A stretch of DNA of 61,633 bases, counting the filler, from Stramenopiles sp. TOSAG23-2 (Eukaryota), in assembly GCA_900128395.1 (NCBI GenBank). It is 8 parts of 8 records of this genome, joined end to end, with 100 filler letters (N's around TTAATTAATTAA, not from the genome) between each part and the next. Parts side by side here need not be neighbours in the genome. Positions count along the whole stretch, not along the records: positions 11,425 to 22,744 come from LT649945.1; positions 22,845 to 34,152 come from LT649946.1; 6 more parts are not named here. The stretch is one strand, 5' to 3'. Positions 19,677 to 30,571 of the stretch are shown here, piece after piece (position 1 is the first letter of the stretch; the number at the start of each line of letters is the position of its first letter). Under the pieces are notes generated by a model, which saw nothing but the letters and a program-made list of their open reading frames with translations, ran no database searches and had not been told where the DNA came from. Position numbers and translations under genes: made by a program.

Positions 19677-21945
19677 ATGGCAACAGTGCAAAATGCATCA
19701 CCATACAAAGATAATGCAGGTCCTACGGCAGGGGAAACAGTAGAAAATACAGACGATAGTTTCAATGATTCTAAAAGTATAGGATTAGACGGTGTAAGTA
19801 GAATAAATTACATATAATATATAATATATACATTAATAAATAAAAATAACTAACTTTTTTCCATATATTTATATATAATATATATATCAATAATAGAGTT
19901 CAGGACATTCACATTGTGATAAATGTAGATTTACAGCATACAATTTGGGCACAATTAATATGGCTGTCTTTTTAATAGGACTTCCCGGAATATATGTGCA
20001 GCAGCTCAGAGCCGATGCAAATTATATTGTACCGTTTGCGTTAACCTTACGAATTTATCTGATTTTCCTAAGCCTATTTCTAGGCTGGTTTCACGATGCT
20101 GAAATTCTTGCACCATGCTTGAACAAGATTGGGTGCGGACGAGAAAAAATGGGCAGACGTGCACCGCATCTGATTTATGCAACTATTTTCTTAACAACTG
20201 TTGGATTCTTTATGTATCGTCCTGCAAAATGGGCTGATCTATTAACAACAAGAGCGAGTGATGCTGCCATCTTGAAATATGGAAATGTGAGTTGGATACA
20301 ATATGGAAGTCATGACCAAATACCATATGATGTAAACGCTGCAATTCCTAAAAGTGGTTTTGATTGTAGCAAAAAAATGAAAGTTGGAACGAGTGATGGA
20401 ATCCTTCATTTCAATCGTACATTACCAAATCCATTTGGCGGCGCGGAAAATCCAGAAGCATTGGTATATGGAAATGATATTTGTGAAACGTTTGTATCAA
20501 AATTTTCTGTATGTTGGCCTGGACCATCAGGTGCAGAAGATGAAGGAGATGGTGGCAAGCGTGTATGTGCAAAAATTGCAAGTGATGTGCTTGGTATTCA
20601 ATTCTTTATAATTGGTCTATTTGGTTATTTTTTCCAAGAGACTATATGGCAAGCTGGAACTACTGCATCAGTTGAAGTATATCCATGGAAGGAAGAAAGA
20701 GTACAATTACGTGCATATGCAGCTCCAGTCTATGGATTCGGCTGGTTAATTTACCTTATTTTATTTCTATTTGTTGCTTCTCAACATGAAATTGCTGGGA
20801 GACCCAACGGCGCGATTGGATATCGAAATGGAATTGCCATAATTGTTTGCTGCTTTATGGTTTTCAACTTTTTATCTGTTGGACCATTCATGGATGCAAA
20901 GCAAGTATTTGGTAATGATGAAAAAGCAATTAATATATTCAGCGAATACAAGTCGCTCTTAACCGCAGAATCAGCAATACCAATACGATATCTTTGGGCA
21001 AATACTCTTTTAAGTAGTCTTGCATCTCAAATTTGGTTAACGTCATTCTGGTACTTGTGTTACTATGTATGGGGACTGAGCCGTGCGGAAGCACCGGGTC
21101 TTGTAGCGTTAGGATTCCTCTTAGCAATGCTTCTTAGCACGTGCTTCACATGTGTTTGGGGACAAGTTATATTTGGGACAAAATCAAAGAAAGGACGGGA
21201 GCATTCAAGAGATCCTAGAAAAATTGTTTTAATATCTGAAGTTTGTAGTATAATAGTAGGATTGATTGTATGGTTGACGTTATATCGACCAAGACCACTT
21301 GCTGATTTGAAAGCTGGAATAGTAACTGATGGATCGTTTCTTATACTTGCTTTTTGTATCAGTCCAATATTTGGATCCGTGTTAACGATGTGGGAAGCAT
21401 CTGCATATGGTTGGGCAAATGATTATGACAATCATTACCATGCTGATAAAGGAAGAAAAAGACGAGAATCGTATATTCGTGGGATATCTGCAACATGCAG
21501 GGGTATATGCACATTTATTGGACTAGGAATAGTGAATTCATTAACATTAGGTGAAAATCCTGTATGCAATACACAATTATCAACAAGACTACAAAACGAC
21601 GGGTGTCAAGGAGCTCTTTATACTATGAATATTACAGCTTTTCTTGTATGCCGCATATTACGTTTGTTTGTTATATATTTCTTTCCTATTCATGACGATG
21701 TTTTGCGAGAACTTTATAAAAATCAAGGTAAACATCATATGGCAAGACGAGATTCTAAGGCATGGAAGACGGTTAATGCTGACAAACCAGTTGAAATGCC
21801 TACTGCATCCAGTGCACCTGTTGTTGTAGTGAATTCAGCGCCAGTCATCGTTCAACAACCACCAATTATCGTTCAACAAAATGCACCAATAATTGTTAAT
21901 AAACAAGAGATCGCTAATGATGTAAAACCACAACAAGATGACTAA
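19677..21945 (+). CDS. MFS_2 (GPH, sugar:cation symporter-like) transporter; exons 19677-19793 and 19897-21945
   Basis: Multiple TM segments, GRRAPH and RKRRESY motifs, Cys-containing extracellular loop. Splicing joins a 39-codon first exon in frame to the large ORF. Confidence 0.75.
19794..19896 (+). other. Spliceosomal intron (103 nt, phase 0)
   Basis: GTAAGT donor, ACTAAC branch site near 19849, TAG acceptor; restores the reading frame. Confidence 0.85.
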
Positions 21946-22329
21946 AAACATATATATGATTATATTGTGTTTCAAGTCCTCATCGAATGAAGACGTCATC
22001 TAGGGATTTCAAGTAGGACAGAGATATAGATATTATTGCCTCAGTTATGTTATTGTGCCGTCAGTCACATTATTTTTTTTTGCAGCATAATATAAATACG
22101 AATATTTCGTATACAAAATTATATTTAAAATTATTTTCTACGTAATATATCTCGCTATTTTTAAAAAAAATACGTAAATTAATTTATTTTACGAACGAAA
22201 AAATATAATAAAAAAAAATACATTTTAATGTACATTTATATAAAAATTTTCTCTTTTACTCCTAATTTATATAAAGTTCTTTTACTCCCAGTAAGTAAAA
22301 TCCAAAATCATAAACGATTTAAAGGGTCA

Positions 22330-22625
22330 CTAGTAAAATATGTATTTATAGGTATGCTTAAATATTCTAATAGATAAATCCTCGTCCGAATTTGATGAAT
22401 TAGATTGACAATTCTTCTCATTTAGACAAACCACTTCTTTTTCATTCTTAAATGTATAAGGTTGTACATATGTTTCCTTTATCAATCTGTATTTTTTTCT
22501 TTGGTATCCATATCCAACTTAATTTTCAATTTCCTATCCTTACGTGTGGTTCCTTCAATAACCGCCCCTATACTTCCTGCTTTAAAAGTTTCATTGCCTG
22601 TTACATAGTCCTTCGTTAATTGCAT
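22330..22625 (-). pseudogene. Small frameshifted ORF (pseudogene or homopolymer error)
   Basis: MQLTKDYVTGNETFKAGSIGAVIEGTTRKDRKLKIKLDMDTK, continuing in another frame after an A-run near 22495 as KYRLIKETYVQPYTF...*. Confidence 0.3.
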
Positions 22626-22744
22626 GCGTCTTTACATATATATTTATTCTCCCCCACATTCCTTTAAATATATCATTTTCTCTGACTCATATATTTAAAT
22701 ATATATATATATATATATATCACTTTTTTTTTCTAATTCTCATT

Positions 22745-22844
22745 NNNNNNNNNNNNNNNNNNNNNNNNNNNNNNNNNNNNNNNNNNNNTTAATTAATTAA
22801 NNNNNNNNNNNNNNNNNNNNNNNNNNNNNNNNNNNNNNNNNNNN
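22745..22844. other. Artificial contig spacer
   Basis: N44-TTAATTAATTAA-N44. Confidence 0.98.
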
Positions 22845-23160
22845 CATGTAATGAACTGAAAAATCCATCATCACAACGATGAAATATAAGAATTTAGGTT
22901 GAAAATGTTGATTTTGAGAAAATTTGATGAAAAATATGCGAGTTGTAATGGTATGCAGTGCTAAATGGTCGATTTTTCGGCCTCTATTCTAAATATGAGG
23001 ATTTTGGATTTTGTTGATCACATAAAAAAGGGGGCCATATATGTATTTACTAGAAAAATAAAAACATATTCACTACGATTGACATTCATACTACATTGGT
23101 TTTACAAAATTGTGGAAACAAAAACAAGAAAGGAAAAACGTCACAACAATAACAGCAACG

Positions 23161-23631
23161 ATGTTTACGATGAAACAATTGACATCTGCGATCATTGTGT
23201 TTGCAACGATATTGGTCATCATATCAACCAATGCACATGCAGTGGACATGAAAGAAGATCTTAAACAATTAAATAAAACATATAGTGAACCACTTGAAAA
23301 ATTACATAAATTTGAACGTACAATGAAAATTTCATTACAAGCAGTTGATCATGCAACGAAAGCAATTAAATTTATCACAGAGAGACATGATACCACAAAA
23401 AATCGCCGTGTAGAATTGGACGATCAAGTAAAAGAAGCAAGCGAAGAGTTAAAAATATTGATGTCAGCATGTAATGGGAAAAAAGTGGAATTCGATCAAC
23501 GCCATACAAGTAGGAATGAAGAGCTTGAAACGATGGGTGATCTTGTACAATTTTTACACCAACAATTAGTAATACAACAACAAAAATTGAGCGATTCTGT
23601 TGAATTGTTAAAGTCAGGAAGTTTGAATTAA
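23161..23631 (+). CDS. Secreted coiled-coil protein
   Basis: Signal peptide MFTMKQLTSAIIVFATILVIISTNAHA followed by a heptad-rich helix; first ATG at 23161. Confidence 0.7.
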   Translation: MFTMKQLTSAIIVFATILVIISTNAHAVDMKEDLKQLNKTYSEPLEKLHKFERTMKISLQAVDHATKAIKFITERHDTTKNRRVELDDQVKEASEELKILMSACNGKKVEFDQRHTSRNEELETMGDLVQFLHQQLVIQQQKLSDSVELLKSGSLN

Positions 23632-23781
23632 ATCAAGATTCATAGATCTAGGTATACTAATGTGTATGTGAGATGAAGAAGAAGATGGAAGAAGAAGCAG
23701 AGGAAACAGCAGGTGTGTTGTGTTAAAACATGTTTTTATGAATAATATATCTTCTTTTGTATGATATATGATATAATATTA

Positions 23782-23834
23782 AATAGGAAAATCTGTATTC
23801 AAAACTATAACAATTAATAAATTAAGTACAAGAT
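23782..23834 (+). repeat. 53-bp direct repeat, copy 1
   Basis: aataggaaaatctgtattcaaaactataacaattaataaattaagtacaagat; 50/53 identical to 27828-27880. Confidence 0.9.
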
Positions 23835-24045
23835 AAAATTGACCTTGCCACAATATATATTTTCTATAATCTATGCATATCATCTCACTGAAATGGAAGA
23901 CAAATGATATATCGTGTACTGTTGTAGAATATGTTATATCATATGTTTCCTTATATATATATACGAATATATATCAATATTTAAAAATATTTATATGCTC
24001 GGCCAATATTATTTTTACCACAAATACTAAAATGTGTGAAATCGT

Positions 24046-25998
24046 TCACAACCCATCCGAATCTTCAGAATCTGTATTAAACCTTGGATCAAATAAAGTT
24101 GTTGCAGCATCTACCTTGACATCTAGTTCGCTATCAGAGTTGTTATAGTTGTTGACATTTTCAGAATTGTTAACATTTTCAAGAACACCTGTACATATGG
24201 AACCTTTAGAAAATTGGGCAAGAAAATGCCATCCACTTTCCTTCCTCTTGTATTCTATCTTCTCATTTTCTGTCAGGCTTTGCCATTGATGTGCATTTAT
24301 AAAGCATTTTGGCAGTTTTTCACCTTGGCTTTTTAATGCTAGTTTTGTTCGTCGCAATAAAACAGAATTGATATATCCTACGTTTCTCATATCTGTATCT
24401 TCAATATTTTTTTTGTCGGCACCTATCAGTTGTAAGTGAGCGGAGAAATCAGAAATTCTATTTTTCATGGGTGTCCCTGTGGCAGACCACTTAAAATCAC
24501 ATTTTAGCTGGCAGGCGTTGTCAAATCCATTCTTCATATTGTTGATCGCATGGGACTCATCAAGAATTAGCCGCCGCCAATCGATGGTCATAAGTTCAGC
24601 TGAATTATCACGCAGACGATGGTAGTTAGTGAGTACTATAGTTGGAAGTTCTCCTGCATTTCTCATGATAGTATCCACCGTTGGAAAATTCGACTTTGTA
24701 TGAAAATCGCCATGGTAAATAATAACTTTCATGCCAGGGATAAATTTCTTGCAGTCATCAATCCAAGAGTTGAAGACAGTTTTTGGCATAACAACAAGCG
24801 TGGGCTTGTTTTCTTGGTTAAGATCCAATTTAATAAGAGTAAGCAGCTGTAATGTCTTCCCAAGTCCCATGTCATCAGCTAATATGCCCCCTTTGATACC
24901 TCGTTGCCCTGGATTTTCTCCACGCTCCTGGCGTTGCATCCAGCGCACTCCGGTAAATTGATGGTTTTTGAGGGTAGCATTTATCCCAGCATTCAATATC
25001 TCAACATCAAACTCGCGTTTTAGAGAGGCATAATTGCTTCTTGATCTATATGTATGAAATTCAGCAATATCTACGGTATCTTCGGCAATACCAACGGTCT
25101 CTTCCCAGATCTTCTCTTTTTCATCCTGTTTTGCCTTTTTCATTTCATCGTTCAAAACTTTTACCCGAAAATGGTAGAAGTAGACAGCAGTGTGTGGTGA
25201 ACCAAGTCGCCAAATTCGGTCTCGAGCTTGCCATTCTAAGGCGGGACTCCATTTTGGATCAAGAATAAAAACAACATTTGCAGTTTGCAAATTAATACCA
25301 GCACCACATGTATCAATTTGACAAAATATAACTTGTGGTGAATCGTCTTTGTTGAATTTTTCTATAATTTTCATGCGATCGGAAGCTGTAACATCGCCAT
25401 CTATGCGTAAGGAACAATCAATATTTATTTTATTTTTGAAAGTTACCTGTGCTTGAGAGAGAACTTCTTTCCACGTCGAAAAGACAACAATTTTGTTACT
25501 AATTCCACTCACGCCTACATGTACTTTTCGTGGTTTAACAGCTTCATGAAAGTCTTCTAATGTTTTATTAGCCTCTTGTGACTTAAAGTGCCTCACATCA
25601 AGATATTCTTTGAACTCACCATCTTCTATATTATTGATTATTCGGTTAGCAATCTCAGCAGCTTCAAGTATCTTGCTTGTTGCTGCTGCAGTTTTCTTAA
25701 ATTTACCTTTCTCCCCAACTTCAACTTGTTTCTTGATGGTGTTGCTACTTTTTCGCTTTGAAAGTACTCTGCTTGGTGTTTCCATTTGACTCCTGTTGTT
25801 AATATTGTTATTACTTCCAACGTACTCTTCTAAAAATTCATACTTAATATTTCCAGTGATTTTCTCATCAATATTAAACCTACACGATTTATTCGCTGTA
25901 GAGTGTACAATTCCAACTTTACCTTTATATTTACCGTTTGTTATTATATATGTATCTCCTTTATTTACATTATCTTTTGCAAATCTTGGAGTTCCCAT
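24046..25998 (-). CDS. SNF2-family (Rad5/16/TTF2-like) ATPase with circularly permuted lobes and an N-terminal KOW-like motif
   Basis: N-to-C order: ITNGKYKGKVGIV; then helicase-C lobe (SKI, KIVVFSTW, RIDG, GAGINLQTANVVFILDPKWSP, QARDRIWRLG); then SNF2_N lobe (LKNHQ..GV.WM, GGILADDMGLGKT, TLVVMP, LTNY, ILDESH, ATGTPMKN, LLRRTK). Confidence 0.9.
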   Translation of the reverse strand: MGTPRFAKDNVNKGDTYIITNGKYKGKVGIVHSTANKSCRFNIDEKITGNIKYEFLEEYVGSNNNINNRSQMETPSRVLSKRKSSNTIKKQVEVGEKGKFKKTAAATSKILEAAEIANRIINNIEDGEFKEYLDVRHFKSQEANKTLEDFHEAVKPRKVHVGVSGISNKIVVFSTWKEVLSQAQVTFKNKINIDCSLRIDGDVTASDRMKIIEKFNKDDSPQVIFCQIDTCGAGINLQTANVVFILDPKWSPALEWQARDRIWRLGSPHTAVYFYHFRVKVLNDEMKKAKQDEKEKIWEETVGIAEDTVDIAEFHTYRSRSNYASLKREFDVEILNAGINATLKNHQFTGVRWMQRQERGENPGQRGIKGGILADDMGLGKTLQLLTLIKLDLNQENKPTLVVMPKTVFNSWIDDCKKFIPGMKVIIYHGDFHTKSNFPTVDTIMRNAGELPTIVLTNYHRLRDNSAELMTIDWRRLILDESHAINNMKNGFDNACQLKCDFKWSATGTPMKNRISDFSAHLQLIGADKKNIEDTDMRNVGYINSVLLRRTKLALKSQGEKLPKCFINAHQWQSLTENEKIEYKRKESGWHFLAQFSKGSICTGVLENVNNSENVNNYNNSDSELDVKVDAATTLFDPRFNTDSEDSDGL

Positions 25999-26485
25999 TT
26001 CTGTCGTTTAATTGATATTGTAGCAGGGTAAAAACGCTAGGGAATCAAGTAGTACTAGATACATATATGTTTAATATTTATGTTTTTAGATAACAAGTAT
26101 ATCAATTCAATTATGTCTATTAAAATACATATATATCTGTTTCTTATATTATTTTACTATTATTTCAACAATTATATTAAGCCTGGTAAGTATACCATAG
26201 TGCATATATTGTTGTTCCATTTTGAAGCCGGACATTGAGTGTTGAAGATTTGACCTTAAAAAGTCTCCGGGAAAAAAAAAAGTGTCCGAAATTTTAAAAA
26301 AGTGATATAGGAATATTAAACTGTTTATACTTAGTAGAATAATACAATTATTTTTCTTTTCTTATATATTAGGTTAGGCTTTAGCTAATTATTTCAATTA
26401 TTTCAATGCTTCAAAATGGAATAGCAATATATACTTATGAGTAAATAAAATCTTTAAAATTATAAATTATATAAGATTCGAAATA

Positions 26486-27535
26486 TTATGTTGCACAAGA
26501 TAAAGATTGATCCGCTTCGCATGTAAATCCAAATCGACCTCTATCTTTTTTGCATGCTTCGATTAAACCTTCATACGTTGCGGCGCATTTTCCATTTACA
26601 AATCGTGTTCCTTGTCCACAACATGTTTCTTTGAAACATTCATTTTTAGGATCACTTTCACATCTTTTCAAATCGACATACGGTATATTTTGTTCTATTC
26701 CTTCTTCCGGGATACATAACATCAATGTCATACCCCATGCGGAACTTTCTGCACCATTCGATTTCCAACAAAAAGTCTCCGAGTCTGTACGTAAAAAACA
26801 CTTCGGAGCACCATCAGGCCAAGAGTCACAATTTTGCATTGTAGCGCTACGCGTTGGATTCGCAGCTTTACATTCTTCTGCAGATGTAGGCTGTCTCCAG
26901 CCAGTTGGGCATTTGTTCGGCAACGCCCTTGAGCGTTGACCAGCCGTAGGACCAATTGAATTACATTTTACCTTTTCATACGGTAAAATATTTGATATTC
27001 GTTCATCAAATGTAGTCTTTGCGATACGAAAGGATGGAAGTTTCAAATTTTTATATGCTGGGGCACTGCATACAAATGAGTATGAATTATTTACCATATC
27101 TTCTGCTGGTGTCCCATAACCCGCGGCAAAGTAATCTCTTGCTACAACTTTATTGCAAGCTTCTCGATGACATGCAACTATGTCACTTCCGGACATGGCT
27201 GGTGTAGATGGATTAAAACCGAGTGCAACAAATGCCTGTGTTGTTGCCATAGCTACAGTAAGCTTACCCTTAGCAACATCTACCTTCCACATTGCAGTCG
27301 CCGCACTTCCATCCAAACCATTAGTAACGACAAGTTTTTGTTCATTGTAACCTGTATCATCAAAAGGCAAAGAGAATGGTAATTCATCGCCATGGGCGGA
27401 AGACAATGTTATTGGCATGAGTAAAAGCATGATCATAAAATAATAATACATATTGATATTATTATTTTTTGAACTACGATTATTTTTGAATAATTTCCAT
27501 TTATTATTATTATTATTATTATTATAATATTTCAT
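26486..27535 (-). CDS. Secreted protein with an apparently truncated DOMON domain and Cys-rich modules
   Basis: Hydrophobic signal segment, then W.V....LTVAM...FVALGFNP...MSGSDIV...RDYFA.GY..P..D (DOMON N-half), then a Cys-rich C-terminus. Confidence 0.65.
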   Translation of the reverse strand: MKYYNNNNNNNKWKLFKNNRSSKNNNINMYYYFMIMLLLMPITLSSAHGDELPFSLPFDDTGYNEQKLVVTNGLDGSAATAMWKVDVAKGKLTVAMATTQAFVALGFNPSTPAMSGSDIVACHREACNKVVARDYFAAGYGTPAEDMVNNSYSFVCSAPAYKNLKLPSFRIAKTTFDERISNILPYEKVKCNSIGPTAGQRSRALPNKCPTGWRQPTSAEECKAANPTRSATMQNCDSWPDGAPKCFLRTDSETFCWKSNGAESSAWGMTLMLCIPEEGIEQNIPYVDLKRCESDPKNECFKETCCGQGTRFVNGKCAATYEGLIEACKKDRGRFGFTCEADQSLSCAT

Positions 27536-27827
27536 TTCTTATTTATATTATTATCGTAAAATGAAAAATAAAATTGATTTACCATGTATAATATCCGAAT
27601 CAAAGGCCAAAAATACATTCACACAAAGTACAATATATTCTCGTCCCTTTGTTTCGAGAGTAACGATGTGGACATTACGATTTTTCTTCATTATAATTAT
27701 TGTTTTTCTTCATTTTTTCATCATCAATTAAATCAAAACAACCAATTCAAAATCAACAACAACAACAAAGAAAATACACGACTCGATCCTTTTCGTCTCA
27801 TCGTCTCCGTTTTACATAAATATAGCT

Positions 27828-27880
27828 AATAGTAAAATTTGTATTCAAAACTATACCAATTAATAAATTAAGTACAAGAT
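27828..27880 (+). repeat. 53-bp direct repeat, copy 2
   Basis: aatagtaaaatttgtattcaaaactataccaattaataaattaagtacaagat. Confidence 0.9.
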
Positions 27881-28219
27881 TTTTTTCTAAAAAAATATTA
27901 TTACGAAGTATATTCATTATTTTATATATAAAATGTACGCGTATTTTAATTTTTTATTCCTACTCATGACAATTCCTACTCTCATATTATTATTTTTTAA
28001 TATTAAAAAAATAATATTAATAATATTATACGTATTTAATACATTCGTATTATATACGAGAAGAGTAAAATACATTTTTCCCGTCATTGGTGTCTTTTGC
28101 TGGGTTCTTCTCATCGTATATATATATTACTATTGTATATATACGACAGAATAATTTTCAAGTAATAACCAAATGATTATAAATGATGTATTTATAAAAA
28201 CAAAAAACATATTTCTTTT

Positions 28220-29836
28220 CTAAAAATTCTCTTCGACAAATTTTTTCTGTGCATCATTTAATTGTTTTGGCATTTCTACTATAAATTTTACATGCAAGTC
28301 ACCAAATTCAGATGGAAATTGATGTATTGGCATGCCCTCCCCTTTAATAGTCTTGACGAAAAAAGGTTTTGTAATTCTCTTGCGAGATATTTCGACAGTA
28401 TGTTCATCCATATGCGTTATTGTTTTCGTAAATCCAAGCAATGCTTCTTTTAAAGTAATTGTCATTTCCATTTTTAAATCATTGCCATCACGATTGAACA
28501 AACGATGTTTCTTTTGACGCAATCTCATTATAACATCACCAGGTATCTGTCCAGGTCGCTGTTCAGACATACGTTCGAATTTTATGGTAGAACCATCTGC
28601 CATACCTTTTTCAATAACAGTTGCTAACGTAGTTGGTTCATTTTTACATCGATGTTTAGATGGTACTTCTTGCTGTTGCTGTACTTGAAATCCAGGCCCC
28701 ATGGTTCTAGTAACCATTTTAATTTCATTTGGACATCGATCACATTTAGCACATTTACCACGTTTTGGTTTATTTTTACAACCCCTGCAAATAACACGAC
28801 GTGTAATTTCAGCACTGATTTCATTGCCGTTGTACATGTCATCTAATGATACGGTTAAATCAACGTTTGCATCATTTCCTCGGTTACCACGTTGGTTACC
28901 ACCACCACCAAAAAATGCTGCAAAAGGATCCATAGCACCACCACCTTGTTCTTTCTTATCTGACTCTTTCACTAATTCCATACCACCTGTATCAAACATC
29001 AAACGCTTATCCTTATCTCCAATAATTTCATATGCCGTTCGAATATGTTCAAATATTTTTTTCGCTTTTTCTTTTTTCTTTGAATCACCCCTAATTTTAT
29101 CTGGATGCCATTTACGACTTAATTTCCTAAATGCTTTTTTAATTTTACCATCATCATCATCTGGATCAACGCCAATAATCAGATATGGATCATAATCATC
29201 ATCTTCCAAATCCGTAATCCAATGCTCTGGATCGACTGTACCATCTTCGTTCTTTTTAATTTCACCTTTCATTTCTTCCTTTTTTTTCGCACCTTCTTTT
29301 CGTATCTCTGCATGGCATGGATCACCATCCCGTACACGTTCACCAGTTAAACGTTTTCTATCATTGCTTAGTTTAACTTTATGTGTACCAGCATTACCCC
29401 AATCAATTATAACAAAGCCACCTTCTGCACGCCATGTACATTCTTCATGGTCGCAATTACCATCAGGTGCGTAGAATGTATGATCTTCACGAAATTCAAC
29501 ATCACGCCAATCATTCCAATACCACACACTCCCTTCCATAAAGTCCATCTCACCATAGACACAAACATCAAAACAAGTGAATTTATCATGATCACAGGTA
29601 GAAGCACCTGCTCTTCGTCCATTTTCACATTCACAAAAACCGGATGCACCAGGTGGTACTATTGATTTACATCCTCGATCGCCACCAGGTTCCCTTGGAC
29701 CATCTGGTGAACATCCACCTGTTTGCCTCCATCTTACGCAACCAGGTTTTGCATTTATAAATAAAATATTAAAATTGCATATCGTTGCTAATAATAGAAT
29801 AATACTATTGATTAAACACGAAGAATATCTTTTCAT
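28220..29836 (-). CDS. ER-type Hsp40 (ERdj3/DNAJB11-like) with extra N-terminal Cys-rich domains
   Basis: Signal peptide; J domain with WHPDK; G/F region; CRGC...CAKCDRCP zinc-finger remnant; DnaJ C-terminal domain (PGDV, LKEALLGF, GEGMP, GDLHVKF). Confidence 0.9.
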   Translation of the reverse strand: MKRYSSCLINSIILLLATICNFNILFINAKPGCVRWRQTGGCSPDGPREPGGDRGCKSIVPPGASGFCECENGRRAGASTCDHDKFTCFDVCVYGEMDFMEGSVWYWNDWRDVEFREDHTFYAPDGNCDHEECTWRAEGGFVIIDWGNAGTHKVKLSNDRKRLTGERVRDGDPCHAEIRKEGAKKKEEMKGEIKKNEDGTVDPEHWITDLEDDDYDPYLIIGVDPDDDDGKIKKAFRKLSRKWHPDKIRGDSKKKEKAKKIFEHIRTAYEIIGDKDKRLMFDTGGMELVKESDKKEQGGGAMDPFAAFFGGGGNQRGNRGNDANVDLTVSLDDMYNGNEISAEITRRVICRGCKNKPKRGKCAKCDRCPNEIKMVTRTMGPGFQVQQQQEVPSKHRCKNEPTTLATVIEKGMADGSTIKFERMSEQRPGQIPGDVIMRLRQKKHRLFNRDGNDLKMEMTITLKEALLGFTKTITHMDEHTVEISRKRITKPFFVKTIKGEGMPIHQFPSEFGDLHVKFIVEMPKQLNDAQKKFVEENF

Positions 29837-30571
29837 CTTTTGTATTATTGATATAATTTATTATTATATATCTATAATGTCTCTTTTGGTATATGTTATA
29901 AAAATACTACTATACGTTAAAAAAAAAATATATGGTACTACTATTATTGTCCAAACTGTTTGTTTCTGGTATGGATATACTATTATTCAAAGGTAAAGAA
30001 TTGAATGTTATTATTTTGATGTTATCAATTGTATATATGTATGTATGTTCCAGTGTTGTTGATTTGATCTGTTATAATAATTGATTGGGTGGGTACATAT
30101 TCATTTTGGTTTTATTCTTTCATCCTTTTTCGTAAATTCGCGAAGAAAGCATAGCATATAAATAGCACTATTATTTGTAAAATATTTATAGCTTTTTTTC
30201 ATTATTTTATATTATTAGAATTATGGACACGTGGACATGCTGCCAAGCTTTTTTGCTGATGGGGCTCTGCCGGCATATAAATTGTAAACATTAACTACAG
30301 TATTAGTATAATAAATTTGATAGGGAAAGTAGAAAATTTGTAGCGCGGGGCCGAGAACCTTAAACCTTGGTTTGAAACATTCTATCATGACTCCATTGAC
30401 CAACTTCACTCTAACTCTGCTAGCGACAGGCATGACTATATCTATAAGACATGTAGAAAAGCAAAACGTAGATTTGGACCTGGAACATTAAATAACCATG
30501 GTTAACCACAAAATAATGAATCTCTCCAAAGAAAACAAAAACTAAGTGTGTTCGTATTTTATATTTGAGCG

